Shown here piece by piece: positions 54,752 to 64,000 of a stretch of 64,000 nucleotides of DNA. Numbering within the stretch: the stretch's first letter is position 1; each line of letters begins with the position of its first letter. Origin of the DNA: Chitinophagales bacterium (GTDB taxonomy: Bacteria > Bacteroidota > Bacteroidia > Chitinophagales > Chitinophagaceae); contig JBBQZY010000016.1 of assembly GCA_038207305.1 (NCBI GenBank), positions 2,906 through 66,905 on the forward strand. Direction: 5' to 3'. A program made the position numbers and the translations under genes. The notes under the pieces are model-generated. The model was not told the origin of the DNA and did no database searches. It worked only from the letters and a program-made list of their open reading frames with translations.

Positions 54752-57292
54752 ATGACTAAACTCTTTTGCCGCCTGCTGATTTTAATTGTTGCCAACAGCT
54801 TTTGTTACAATGCTTCCTCCCAATCCCTGGGCGTGAATACTTCAGGTGCAGTAGCAGCTAACAGCGCTATTTTGGATATTAGCAGTACCGATAAAGGGAT
54901 GCTCATCCCAAGAATGAACAAAACAGAAAGAAACGCAATAACAGCACCGGCAACCGGATTGCTGGTTTTTCAAAATGCCCCTGATAGTGTAGGGTTTTAT
55001 TATCACGATGGCTCAAGCTGGCAATGGCTTGCTGCAGCCAGTGGAAAAACAGCCTGGTTAACGTCGGGCAGTGCAGGCACTTCCGCGGCAAATAATTTTT
55101 TTGGAACTACAGACAATGTCCGGTTAAGTTTCAGGCAGAATAATAAATGGTTGGGCATGTGGGATTCGGGTACAGATAATTATTTCATTGGAGACAGTGC
55201 GGGGAACAATACAACAGGTATCAGCAATATAGCAATAGGCTCAAAAGCACTTTGGAGAAATGCATCAGGGTATGGTCATATTGCTATTGGAAGCATGGCT
55301 TTAAATGGCACTTCAGCGACATATCCTAATACCGCAATTGGCATTTCCAGCCAGGAAAATGGAACTACCGGTTATGCCAACACGTCGTTGGGTAGTTATT
55401 CATTGGCTCGTAATAAAACCGGAATCAATAATACGGCAATCGGCAATGCTGCTATGTACCTGGCCTATAATCCGGCAAATCCTGCGAACGTAAATAACAA
55501 TACAGCCGTAGGAAACGATGCCTTGCGTTATAGCCGTTATTCAGACCAGGTTGCTGTTGGTTCGGGTACATTGAGTAATGATACATCAGGAACTGAAAAT
55601 ACAGCGGTAGGTTATTTAGCGATGAATCAAAATCTGTCAGGCTTGGGTAATGCGGTATTTGGCAGCAATGCGATGTATTCAGGTAAGTCGAGCAATTACA
55701 ATACTGCTGTTGGATTTAACGCTTATTATACGCATCAATCAACCGGTTACGATTATAACACCGCCGTAGGTTCATTTTCAATGGAAGAGGATAGCAGTGG
55801 TTATTACAATACTGCTGTTGGTACTTCATCCCTGCGGAATAATGTAAAGGGATTTCTAAATACTGGCATAGGAATTAATGCAGGCTACTGGCAAAAGCAA
55901 TCTTTTAATACTTTTATTGGTGCTTTTTCCGGCGTAGGTGAAAGAACGCCCGGGAATAATTATGCGGTAGATAGCGGCAGGTATAATACGGGCATAGGCG
56001 CTTATGCTTTGTATCGACTGGCAAATGGCAACCGAAATGTAGCAGTGGGTAACAATGCGCTTTACAATGATTCGAGTGGTGTAGACAATGTAGGCGTTGG
56101 GATAAATTCGCTTAGCGCCAATGTATCCGGTAGCAGGAATACGGGGATCGGACAAAATGCGAACGTAATTGCCGGAACTTTTACGAATGCTACTGCGATC
56201 GGCGCTGATGCGCTTGCCGGGCAAAGCAATTGCCTGGTTTTGGGTAGCATTGCCGGTATAAACAGCGCACCGGCAAGTACCAGGGTCGGTATCGGGGAAA
56301 CTACTCCTGTTGCACGGTTACATGTGAAGAATAGCGGCAGCAGCGGGGGAACTTTTATTGCAAATGCTTCGGTGATAATCGAAGACAACACTCAATCATA
56401 TATTCAGTTATCTAGTCCGACAAATGCGGAGAACGGAATGTTATCAGGCAATGCTGTCAGTACTGTTCGAAGCGGAATCGCGTTCGCTCCTGACAGTTCA
56501 TTGATGTTAAGATCTGGTGGGAATACTAACAGGATGACGGTTTACAAAAATGGGAATGTCGGTATAGGTACAATTATCCCGGCGGCAAAGCTAGAAGTGT
56601 ATGAGCCTTCGGCCAATGTAAATGCAAGAATAACATGTGGAAATTTTAGTTTCGATCCAGGATTAGAATTCATTAAAAGCGGGTTTGGTGCAGATTGGAA
56701 AATACGGGTAGCAAATACCAACGCTTTAACATTCTCACGGGCATTTGATGATTTTGTGGGTGTTCCTACAAATTATTATGAGATGGAAGGCATCGCATTC
56801 AAGCCCTCCATTGATTTTGCCAGTTCACTGGGGCAATCAACCAATCGTTGGGCCACTGTATATGCCATCAACGGTACAGTTAATACTTCCGATCTGCGTG
56901 ACAAAGAAAATGTAGAAAATTTGGGCTATGGTCTTAAAGAGATCATGAAACTCAGGCCGGTTACATATAACTGGAAAGCAAATCCGCAATGGGGTAAAAA
57001 GATCGGATTCATCGCACAGGAAGTAAAACCCATACTTGCTGAAGTTGTACTAACAGGAAACCTTAAGGGCAGGCCCGGTCAAAAGGAAGACCAGGAAAAT
57101 AATGCTGCAAAAGAAACTGATAAACTTGGCATCTATTACTCAGACATCATCCCGGTTGTTGTAAAAGGTATGCAGGAGCAACAGGCATTGATAGAAAAAT
57201 TAACAAGTGAAAATGTCGAACTAAAAGCCCGGAATGCCCGGCTTGAAAAAAATATAGCATTAATCAATGAACGGCTCGGGATTAAGGATTAA
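54752..57292 (+). CDS. Secreted fibre protein: conserved N-terminal module + YadA-head-like NTA[IV]G repeat array + C-terminal Peptidase_S74 intramolecular chaperone domain
   Basis: 846 aa with a signal peptide, then GMLIPRMNKTERNAITAPATGLLVFQ. About 20 repeats of N[TI]A[IV]G..[AS][LM] span roughly 55230-56190. The S74 domain starts at TSDLRDKENV (56888) and has LRPVTYNW, GFIAQEVKPILAEVV, IIPVVVKGMQEQQ and a coiled-coil tail. Confidence 0.8.
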   Translation: MTKLFCRLLILIVANSFCYNASSQSLGVNTSGAVAANSAILDISSTDKGMLIPRMNKTERNAITAPATGLLVFQNAPDSVGFYYHDGSSWQWLAAASGKTAWLTSGSAGTSAANNFFGTTDNVRLSFRQNNKWLGMWDSGTDNYFIGDSAGNNTTGISNIAIGSKALWRNASGYGHIAIGSMALNGTSATYPNTAIGISSQENGTTGYANTSLGSYSLARNKTGINNTAIGNAAMYLAYNPANPANVNNNTAVGNDALRYSRYSDQVAVGSGTLSNDTSGTENTAVGYLAMNQNLSGLGNAVFGSNAMYSGKSSNYNTAVGFNAYYTHQSTGYDYNTAVGSFSMEEDSSGYYNTAVGTSSLRNNVKGFLNTGIGINAGYWQKQSFNTFIGAFSGVGERTPGNNYAVDSGRYNTGIGAYALYRLANGNRNVAVGNNALYNDSSGVDNVGVGINSLSANVSGSRNTGIGQNANVIAGTFTNATAIGADALAGQSNCLVLGSIAGINSAPASTRVGIGETTPVARLHVKNSGSSGGTFIANASVIIEDNTQSYIQLSSPTNAENGMLSGNAVSTVRSGIAFAPDSSLMLRSGGNTNRMTVYKNGNVGIGTIIPAAKLEVYEPSANVNARITCGNFSFDPGLEFIKSGFGADWKIRVANTNALTFSRAFDDFVGVPTNYYEMEGIAFKPSIDFASSLGQSTNRWATVYAINGTVNTSDLRDKENVENLGYGLKEIMKLRPVTYNWKANPQWGKKIGFIAQEVKPILAEVVLTGNLKGRPGQKEDQENNAAKETDKLGIYYSDIIPVVVKGMQEQQALIEKLTSENVELKARNARLEKNIALINERLGIKD

Positions 57293-57659
57293 TTACCATA
57301 AAGGCTTCTTTCAATGCTCAAATAAATTACAAAATTGCCTCTGACATAAGCAAATGTTATATGATTTATTTAAGAATATTACAGAAAGGGCCAGCGTTTG
57401 TGCCAACCAGCGAACATTATTATGCCGGTATTGAGTGTTTTCAAGTGCAGGGTCTAACTTACAGGATATTTTATCTTTCGGACTCTGCTTTCATAGATTT
57501 TTTTTCGAGGAAAACGTGAAATGAATTATTATTTAGATAGTACGTGCAGTCGAAAGACAGGAACACAGGCGCTATTACTCAGCATTTTTTTAACTGTTCT
57601 GAAAAGTAAATAAATCATAATTTAGAATAATATTCACTTTTTATTATTGGTTATAAAAA

Positions 57660-58520
57660 ATGAAAAAAATACCCGTAAGGCAAATCAACATCAAAAATGA
57701 ACCGGTTAATATCGGGCAGTTCAAAATCAGGGCTGTAACCGAAATACTTAAGGGCAAGGATTTAGCGCATGATTTACACAGGCACGATTTCTTTTTTGTT
57801 CTTGCCCTGCAAAATGGAAAAGGGAATCATGAAATAGATTTTACAGACTATGAGGTTCAGAACAATTCAATATTTATCCTTCGTCCGGGCCAGGTGCATC
57901 AACTTAATTTAAAAGCAGACTCAACAGGATTTCTTGCTGAATTTGATACTGCTTTTTATCATCCAAAAGATAAGCTGGCAAACCAGCGGTTGATTAGGGC
58001 AGGTAACAAAAACTTTTGTGCATTTGAAGCAGGCAGGTTTAAAAAGCTACATAATGTTTTAGCCTATATGTTTAATGAATACACAGCAAAGCAGGAAGGG
58101 TATATCGATGTGATAAAAGCAAATCTTGATATTTTCTTTATAGAATATATCAGGCAAAGCGAAAATCGAACTGAAATGTCCAAAAAGGGGGCTACATATA
58201 CACAGGAACGTTTTGACGAATTTATGGAGCTTACTTCAACTCACATTACCACTCATAAACAGGTTTCGCAATACGCCGATATGTTGAGCCTTTCAAACTA
58301 CCAGCTTAATGCAATTACCAAAGCAAGCGTTGGTAAACCTACTTCAGAACTCATAAATGAACAGATCGTATTAGAGGCAAAGCGATACCTTTTGGCAACC
58401 CCCAACCAGGTTAAGGACATTGCAGACCACCTGGGCTATGAAGATATCTCGTACTTTATCAGATTCTTTAAGAAGCATACCGGTTATTCACCAGAGGCTT
58501 TCAGAAAGAATTTGCAATAA
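57660..58520 (+). CDS. AraC family transcriptional regulator
   Basis: 286 aa with an N-terminal cupin-like ligand domain and a C-terminal double HTH (..VSQYADMLSLSNYQLNAITK.. and ..IADHLGYEDISYFIRFFKKHTGYSPEAFRK). Confidence 0.9.
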   Translation: MKKIPVRQINIKNEPVNIGQFKIRAVTEILKGKDLAHDLHRHDFFFVLALQNGKGNHEIDFTDYEVQNNSIFILRPGQVHQLNLKADSTGFLAEFDTAFYHPKDKLANQRLIRAGNKNFCAFEAGRFKKLHNVLAYMFNEYTAKQEGYIDVIKANLDIFFIEYIRQSENRTEMSKKGATYTQERFDEFMELTSTHITTHKQVSQYADMLSLSNYQLNAITKASVGKPTSELINEQIVLEAKRYLLATPNQVKDIADHLGYEDISYFIRFFKKHTGYSPEAFRKNLQ

Positions 58521-58615
58521 GTCCTGTTCAACTTAATAATCGTCCTACTGTAATCGCTGCTGCGGAAATTAGTTTTGTATAATAAAATAATTATCAAAAT
58601 ATAATTTCTAAAAGT

Positions 58616-58837
58616 ATGAAACTGAAGTTCAAATTTATGACAGCCTTAAAAATCTGGCTGGTTATTTATCCATCTATTACATTGTTTCTTTTCCTGTTTG
58701 GACAGCCCCTCGCTTCCTTACCGCTTTACCTTAGAACATTTATTCTAACTATAACACTCGTTCCATGGATGTTATTTATCGGTATACCTGCAGTGGATTC
58801 TGTTTTTCGCCGAATTTCGTCAATGAATAAAAAATAA
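58616..58837 (+). CDS. Hypothetical small membrane protein (2 TM segments)
   Basis: 73-aa ATG ORF with two hydrophobic helices, between the AraC and oxidoreductase genes. No family recognised. Confidence 0.4.
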   Translation: MKLKFKFMTALKIWLVIYPSITLFLFLFGQPLASLPLYLRTFILTITLVPWMLFIGIPAVDSVFRRISSMNKK

Positions 58838-59020
58838 ACAGGAACTGTAAGAATCAAATACTTTTGAAAAGCATTTTTAACATCAGCAAAAATTACCAAC
58901 ATACTGTAGTATTGGCTGCAACCGATGCATCACGAAGAAAGTTCATTCAACAGGTAGGCATTATCGGTACGTTTGTTATTTTTCCTTGGAACACGAACGC
59001 CTTTTTTAAAAAGCAATCAA

Positions 59021-59929
59021 ATGAAAGACAATCAAAAATTCGACGTAATCATAGTTGGTGGCAGTTATTCCGGGCTGGCAGCAGGTATGGCACTGGGCAG
59101 GGCGCTCAGGAAAGTGTTGATCATTGACAGCGGCACACCCTGCAACAGGCAAACACCGCATTCACATAATTTCTTAACACAGGATGGTAAGCCGCCAAGG
59201 GAAATTTCAACCATTGCAAAACATCAGGTAGAGCAATATAGCTCTGTGCAATTCTTTAATGGTCTGGCAACAAGTGGAGTGAAAACCAATAACGGCTTTG
59301 AGATACATACTGATACCGGCAAATTGTTTACAGCACGGAAACTTATTTTCGCGACAGGCATTAAAGATATGATTCCTGACATACCAGGCTTTGCAGAAAG
59401 TTGGGGAATATCTGTACTGCACTGTCCTTATTGCCATGGCTACGAAGTACGAGGCAAAAAAACAGGTATTCTTGGAAATGGAAATTATGGCTATCAATTT
59501 TCCGCTCTTATTTCAAACTGGACAAAAGCGTTGACGCTCTACACCAATGGGCCATCAACCTTAACAGCCGAACAAACAATAAAAATTCAACAACATAACA
59601 TTCCTGTTGTTGAAGACGAAATTGAAAAACTGCAACATCAAAATGGCTACCTGCAACAGATATTTTTTCAAGGGGGGAAGTTAGCTCCGGTAACAGCGAT
59701 ATACACACAGACTCCTTTTACACAGCAAAGCTCAATTCCTCAATTATTGGGATGCCAGTTAAATGACGACGGATATATTGAAGTTGATCCGGCACAAAAG
59801 ACAAGTGTGCGTGGCGTATTTGCCTGCGGCGATAATACCACCCGTGTGCGAACAGTTGCAAATTCCGTGGCAATGGGAACCACTGCAGGGATGATGCTAA
59901 ACAAAGAACTGATTGAAGAAGATTTTTGA
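59021..59929 (+). CDS. NAD(P)/FAD-dependent oxidoreductase (thioredoxin-reductase-like)
   Basis: The track ORF starts at 58973. The ATG at 59021 gives MKDNQKFDVIIVGGSYSGLAAGMALGRA (GxGxxG FAD motif). It also has a redox CxxC in HCPYCHGYE and the C-terminal motif GVFACGD. Confidence 0.85.
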   Translation: MKDNQKFDVIIVGGSYSGLAAGMALGRALRKVLIIDSGTPCNRQTPHSHNFLTQDGKPPREISTIAKHQVEQYSSVQFFNGLATSGVKTNNGFEIHTDTGKLFTARKLIFATGIKDMIPDIPGFAESWGISVLHCPYCHGYEVRGKKTGILGNGNYGYQFSALISNWTKALTLYTNGPSTLTAEQTIKIQQHNIPVVEDEIEKLQHQNGYLQQIFFQGGKLAPVTAIYTQTPFTQQSSIPQLLGCQLNDDGYIEVDPAQKTSVRGVFACGDNTTRVRTVANSVAMGTTAGMMLNKELIEEDF

Positions 59930-60078
59930 AAGAAATGGAATTTTCAGAAGAGACAGTCAAAATTCTTACCGTATTAAATTGGGTTTTCGCCGACGATATC
60001 CTTTATTTGGCAGATTGATGTTTAACAAGCACCAAAAGCAAATGACCTTTGACCCTTTTAAATCACTATTTTCAAAGT

Positions 60079-61146
60079 ATGAAAAAATCAATCATTATTT
60101 TATTGCATGCAGGTTTCTGGCTATGCTATTTAATATTGATACTGATTATGCTGGCGGTTTACGCTAAAAGCGGTAGTCATGTTGGTAACCAGGCTCCACG
60201 AATTTTAAATGCATTTTATAATATTTCCCTTTTTACACTTGTTCCTTCTGTCATTACTTTTTATTTGTTCTATTTTCTTTTATTTCCAAAATACCTGCAG
60301 AAGAATAAGATACTGCTGTCAATCATTTATGGCATACTGATTTCTGCAGGGGCGGCCATTTTAAGTTATATTCTGATCAGATTCTTTATTGAATCGGGCA
60401 GAATCAGCGATTTGGATAAAGGCGGAAGTAACGGCAGGTCCACGGCCGTAATAGTCATAATTGTGATGGCTTTTATTGGTTCCATTTGCGGCATTGTGGC
60501 ATTGGTACTGAATGGGTTTATTACCTGGTTCAACGAAATAAAATTGAAGGAACTGCTACGGGAAAAAAACTATGAAATGGAGATGGCGCTCATTAAATCA
60601 AAGCTTGATCCACACCTGTTGTTCAACACCATTAACAATATTGACGCGCTGATTTTAAAAGATGCAGTGGCGGCATCTGATTACTTAAATAAGTTATCAG
60701 ACATCATGCGGTTCATGTTGTATGAAACAAAGGCTGATAAAATTTTACTGTCTAAAGAAATTGAATACATCGATAAATACATTGCTTTGCAGAAGATAAG
60801 AACAGCCAACGAAAATTATGCACACTTTACTGTAACAGGCAGCACCGGCAATAAAATGATAGCACCCATGGTTTTTATTCCGTTTATTGAAAATGCTTTT
60901 AAGCATACCAATAATAAGAAGATTGAAGACGCAATAATAATCAATATTTTTATTAAAGAAGATACCATTCAGTTGGTATGCGAAAATAAATTTGATACCA
61001 AATTAACCGTAAAACAATTTGACAGCGGTTTGGGAAATGAACTTATGCAAAAACGCTTGCAACTTATTTATCCGGAAAAGCATACTTTAGAAGTGCATAA
61101 AACAAATGAGCAGTATAGCGTAAACTTAACAATTCCTAATGGATAA
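60079..61146 (+). CDS. LytS/YehU-type sensor histidine kinase (membrane N-terminus + His_kinase + HATPase)
   Basis: The ATG at 60079 gives MKKSIIILLHAGFWLCYLILILIML. It has 4-5 TM helices, then SKLDPHLLFNTINNIDALI (His_kinase motif) and FIPFIENAFKH. It overlaps the downstream regulator by 8 nt. Confidence 0.85.
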   Translation: MKKSIIILLHAGFWLCYLILILIMLAVYAKSGSHVGNQAPRILNAFYNISLFTLVPSVITFYLFYFLLFPKYLQKNKILLSIIYGILISAGAAILSYILIRFFIESGRISDLDKGGSNGRSTAVIVIIVMAFIGSICGIVALVLNGFITWFNEIKLKELLREKNYEMEMALIKSKLDPHLLFNTINNIDALILKDAVAASDYLNKLSDIMRFMLYETKADKILLSKEIEYIDKYIALQKIRTANENYAHFTVTGSTGNKMIAPMVFIPFIENAFKHTNNKKIEDAIIINIFIKEDTIQLVCENKFDTKLTVKQFDSGLGNELMQKRLQLIYPEKHTLEVHKTNEQYSVNLTIPNG

Positions 61147-61834
61147 ATATACCTGCATAATTATAGAAGATGAGCCGCTGGCGCTTGAAAAAACGAAAGA
61201 CTTTGTAAGCAAAGTTCCGTTTTTGCAGTTAAGTGCTACGTTCGACAATGCACTCACCGGGCTTGCTTTTCTGAATAACAATAAAGTTGATATTCTTTTT
61301 TTGGATATCAATATGGATGAGCTGACCGGTATTGAGTTGCTGCAAAGTTCAAAAATTACCAGCCAGGTTATCATTACCACTGCATACCAGGAATATGCAT
61401 TAAAGGGATATGAATTGCAGATAACCGACTATCTTTTGAAACCATTTTCATTTAATCGTTTTTTACAAGCTGTAAATAAAGCACAGCAAAATATTGCCCA
61501 TCGTATTTCAGATGCACAGCCTGATTTCATTTTTGTAAAAACCGAAAACAGGCTTGAAAAGATCATGCTCAACGAAATTGTGTACATCGAGGGAATGAGA
61601 GATTACCTTAGAATTCACACGGTGAATAAAAAGCTGATGACCTTGCAGAATTTCAGCGAGTTTGAAAAATTGATTCCTTCAAGTGTTGTGTGCAGGGTGC
61701 ACAAATCGTACATGGTGGCACTAAATAAAATTGAATCCATCGAACGAAGCAGAATAAAAATTGCAGATCAGCTCATCCCTATTTCAGAAACCTACAAAGA
61801 GCTTTTCTTTCAGCTCATCAACGCCAGGTCATAA
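61139..61834 (+). CDS. LytTR family response regulator
   Basis: 231 aa. The REC domain is CIIIEDEPLA..ILFLDINMDELTGIEL. The LytTR domain is ..YLRIHTVNKKL..VCRVHKSYMVALNKI. Confidence 0.9.
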   Translation: MDKYTCIIIEDEPLALEKTKDFVSKVPFLQLSATFDNALTGLAFLNNNKVDILFLDINMDELTGIELLQSSKITSQVIITTAYQEYALKGYELQITDYLLKPFSFNRFLQAVNKAQQNIAHRISDAQPDFIFVKTENRLEKIMLNEIVYIEGMRDYLRIHTVNKKLMTLQNFSEFEKLIPSSVVCRVHKSYMVALNKIESIERSRIKIADQLIPISETYKELFFQLINARS

Positions 61835-61983
61835 TCCTTCAATTATTTGGCAGTATAAAATTCGTATTTCGCAGACATCCTAACCTTCTTTGCATAGCTG
61901 AATTGTAAGGCCTTTTCCCTTCATATACTTTTGTCATGAATTAAAAATTTAAACAATTAAAATCAAAATTTAAATCAAAAATC

Positions 61984-62673
61984 ATGACACAGTTATTAAG
62001 AACATGGAAAATTTCATTGGCAACAGCATTGATCTTTTCACTACAGATCTCAAAATCGGTTGCACAAAAAACCTACATGTCACCGCTTATCAATATGGTG
62101 AACAGTAATTTTAATTACGGCGACGCAAACAGTGCAGTAAAGTCGTATAAAAAAGATGCAAGAGGAATTATGGCGGGAGTAACCTTCCAGGCTGGTATTA
62201 CACCTGCATTTTCTGTAGTTGCAGAAACCTATTTTGTAATGAAAGGTGCTACGTTAAAAACTGATAATCCACTTACAGTTAATAAATCAACATTGCGTTT
62301 GTACAATGCAGAAATACCTCTATTAGCACGTGTACACATTAATCATCTGTACATTAATGCCGGTCCTTATGTTTCTTACAGCTTTGGTGGCAGAATAAAA
62401 ACAGAGGGTTCGCAGGCAATACCTGAAAAATCAACAGCTGTTTCTTTTAGCAATGTAACCGATGGTTTTAAGCGCTGGGAAATCGGTGTGCAGGCAGGGG
62501 CAGGTTACAATTTTCGCATTAAAAAAAGAGCACTGGCACTTGATATACGCTATGGTTATGGTTTAACCAATGTATCGCAGAATTCGGAAAGGTACAACCG
62601 CACATTCACCATCAGCATTATTGCAGTAAAGCCATGGAAGAACAATCCATTTGGAAAAAAGAGAAATGCATAA
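61984..62673 (+). CDS. Outer-membrane beta-barrel (porin family / OMP_b-brl-type) protein
   Basis: 229 aa with a signal peptide (SKSVAQK). Alternating amphipathic beta-strand pattern with aromatic-ended strands (..GAGYNFRI, LDIRYGYGLTNV). Confidence 0.65.
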   Translation: MTQLLRTWKISLATALIFSLQISKSVAQKTYMSPLINMVNSNFNYGDANSAVKSYKKDARGIMAGVTFQAGITPAFSVVAETYFVMKGATLKTDNPLTVNKSTLRLYNAEIPLLARVHINHLYINAGPYVSYSFGGRIKTEGSQAIPEKSTAVSFSNVTDGFKRWEIGVQAGAGYNFRIKKRALALDIRYGYGLTNVSQNSERYNRTFTISIIAVKPWKNNPFGKKRNA

Positions 62674-62751
62674 AAATAAAAATGACCGCCTGTTGAGGCT
62701 GTCATCAAAAAACAGTAAACCCGTAAAATATACTTTATCAATTTTCAGGAG

Positions 62752-63456
62752 ATGAGAACAATAAATTCAAACAGAAAAAGCGCAACGGCAGCAGGCGTAC
62801 TTTACGTACTCACTTTTGTATCCATACCAACCCTGGCACTTTATAAATCAGTCCACGGTGCAAACTATATTCTTGGCCCTGGCCCCGATAGTTCGGTGAT
62901 TATTGGTGCCATACTGGAAATCATCGTAGCGCTCACCTGCATCGGTTCTGCCGTTGCACTATATCCCGTACTCAGGAAGCAAAACGAAGGGATGGCGCTA
63001 GGGTTGGCAGGCTCCCGGATCCTGGAAGCAGGCACCATTTTCGCAGGTGTTATGTTGCTACTTACGGTGGTAACCATGCGGCAGAATGCAGCAGGTGCCG
63101 AGGCATTGGTAACCAGCAGAACACTTGTTACTATGTACGACCGGATGTTCCTGATTGGGCAGAGTTTTTTGCCGGCAGTGAACGACATTTTGTTGGGCTT
63201 ACTGCTTTACAAATCGAGGTTGGTGCCTCGTGGCCTTGCTCTGATAGGGCTCTTTGGCGGACCAATTCTTGTAGCTGGCGACATTCTTGTGCTCTTCGGA
63301 TATATCGGTCAGCATGATCCCAGCACCGGGCTGTTCGCATTGCCTGTTGCAATATTTGAATTTTCGCTGGGCATCTACCTGGTAGTTAAAGGCTTCAAAC
63401 CAACAGCAACAAAGGAAGAAAACCTAGATGAAATAATTCAGTTCGGAAGGGATTAA
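62752..63456 (+). CDS. DUF4386 domain-containing membrane protein
   Basis: 234 aa with 5-6 TM helices. The N-terminus SATAAGVLYVLTFVSIP and overall topology match my recollection of DUF4386 proteins. Confidence 0.6.
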   Translation: MRTINSNRKSATAAGVLYVLTFVSIPTLALYKSVHGANYILGPGPDSSVIIGAILEIIVALTCIGSAVALYPVLRKQNEGMALGLAGSRILEAGTIFAGVMLLLTVVTMRQNAAGAEALVTSRTLVTMYDRMFLIGQSFLPAVNDILLGLLLYKSRLVPRGLALIGLFGGPILVAGDILVLFGYIGQHDPSTGLFALPVAIFEFSLGIYLVVKGFKPTATKEENLDEIIQFGRD

Positions 63457-63498
63457 AAAAGTAAAAAGTAAACTAAATCAGCATATTTAAAATTTTAA

Positions 63499-64000
63499 GA
63501 TGTCTAAAAATCAGTTTAAAGCTTATCTGCTTATTTTGTCGATTGCATTTGCAGCTCCTGCTATATGCAACGCACAAAACAATAAAAAAGAAACTGTCAA
63601 TATAAATGCGCTGATTGATTCTTTGAATACGGTGCTGAATAATCACTATGTTTTTCCGGAAAAGGCAAGTAACATATCCACTTATTTAGCAACGCAACTA
63701 AAGAAAAATGCGTATGTTATTGACTTGCAAAATCCGCAAAAAATTGCAGAACAAATACAAAGGGATATTATTAAAATTCATCGTGACCCTCACATGGGCA
63801 TTAATTACGATCCTGGTTTTCGGGTGCAACAAAACCTGGCACCATCTGTAGAAGAAATAAGCCAAACTAAAAAATACTGGAAAGAAAATAATTACGCATT
63901 CACTAAGGTTGAGATCCTTCCTGGAAATATCGGCTACTTTACTTTTAATGTATTTGTAGAAGATGTAGCAGCTGCTAAGCCAACAATCACTTCGGCACTA
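63499..64000 (+). CDS. S41 family peptidase (IRBP/tail-specific protease-like), N-terminal part; runs off the right edge
   Basis: ATG at 63499 with a signal peptide (AAPAICNAQ). The segment LNNHYVFPEKASNISTYL...IHRDPHMGINYDP...VEILPGNIGYFTFNVF is typical of the Peptidase_S41 N-terminal domain. Open to the window end. Confidence 0.7.

Noticed and set aside
58864-59127. 87-aa TTG-start ORF with an RRKFIQQVG twin-arginine-like string
   Set aside because: It overlaps, in another frame, the well-supported start (59021) of the FAD oxidoreductase. The remainder of the ORF is frame-shadow sequence.
61960-61980. Direct repeat AAATCAAAA x2 spaced 12 nt, just upstream of the OMP gene and downstream of the LytTR regulator
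   Set aside because: It is a low-complexity A-rich leader directly abutting the start codon. It does not resemble the longer (about 9 bp + 12 bp spacer) imperfect repeats typical of LytTR sites convincingly enough.

Overview
This looks like a chromosomal window from a Bacteroidota genome. Gene content is Chitinophagaceae/Sphingobacteriia-like: T9SS type A and type B C-terminal sorting domains, PorP/SprF, Reg_prop/Y_Y_Y sensors, LytS/LytTR pairs and lipoprotein or AQ-type signal peptides. I recognised no rRNA, tRNA, CRISPR array, transposase, integrase or prophage block. Main blocks: (1) 1-5.2 kb holds a pepD fragment, an SDR, a DUF4242 protein, a GNAT and a TonB-dependent receptor. (2) 5.9-15.6 kb is a six-gene minus-strand beta-1,4-galactan/galactose array: LacI, GH53 lipoprotein, GH2-GH53 fusion, galK, Na+/sugar symporter, galM. 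It has a LacI-type palindrome at the lacI start and no SusC/SusD pair. (3) 15.7-20.1 kb holds a LytTR regulator and a ~1200-aa propeller/Y_Y_Y/GAF/LytS-type kinase whose signal peptide has no canonical start codon. (4) 20.3-25.4 kb is a YqcC-like / S74 tail-fibre-like / BNR propeller / membrane protein cluster. (5) 25.6-27.0 kb is a gene graveyard with an orphan T9SS CTD and a decayed P-domain gene. (6) 27.1-36.3 kb holds a 2725-aa PKD/Ig adhesin with a T9SS type B CTD and its PorP/SprF partner. (7) 36.3-44.4 kb holds secreted beta-helix, BNR/PKD and GH30 proteins. (8) 44.8-50.3 kb is an imuA-imuB-dnaE2 mutagenesis cassette preceded by a perfect 33-bp palindrome. (9) 50.8-64 kb holds mixed regulators and enzymes, a frameshifted lipoprotein, a second S74/YadA-like fibre and a second LytS/LytTR pair. 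I cannot point to one unambiguous novel system. The best follow-up candidates are the imuA palindrome, the non-phage S74 fibre clusters, and the sensor kinase architecture and start-codon anomaly. All family calls rest on motif recognition by eye, not on database searches.
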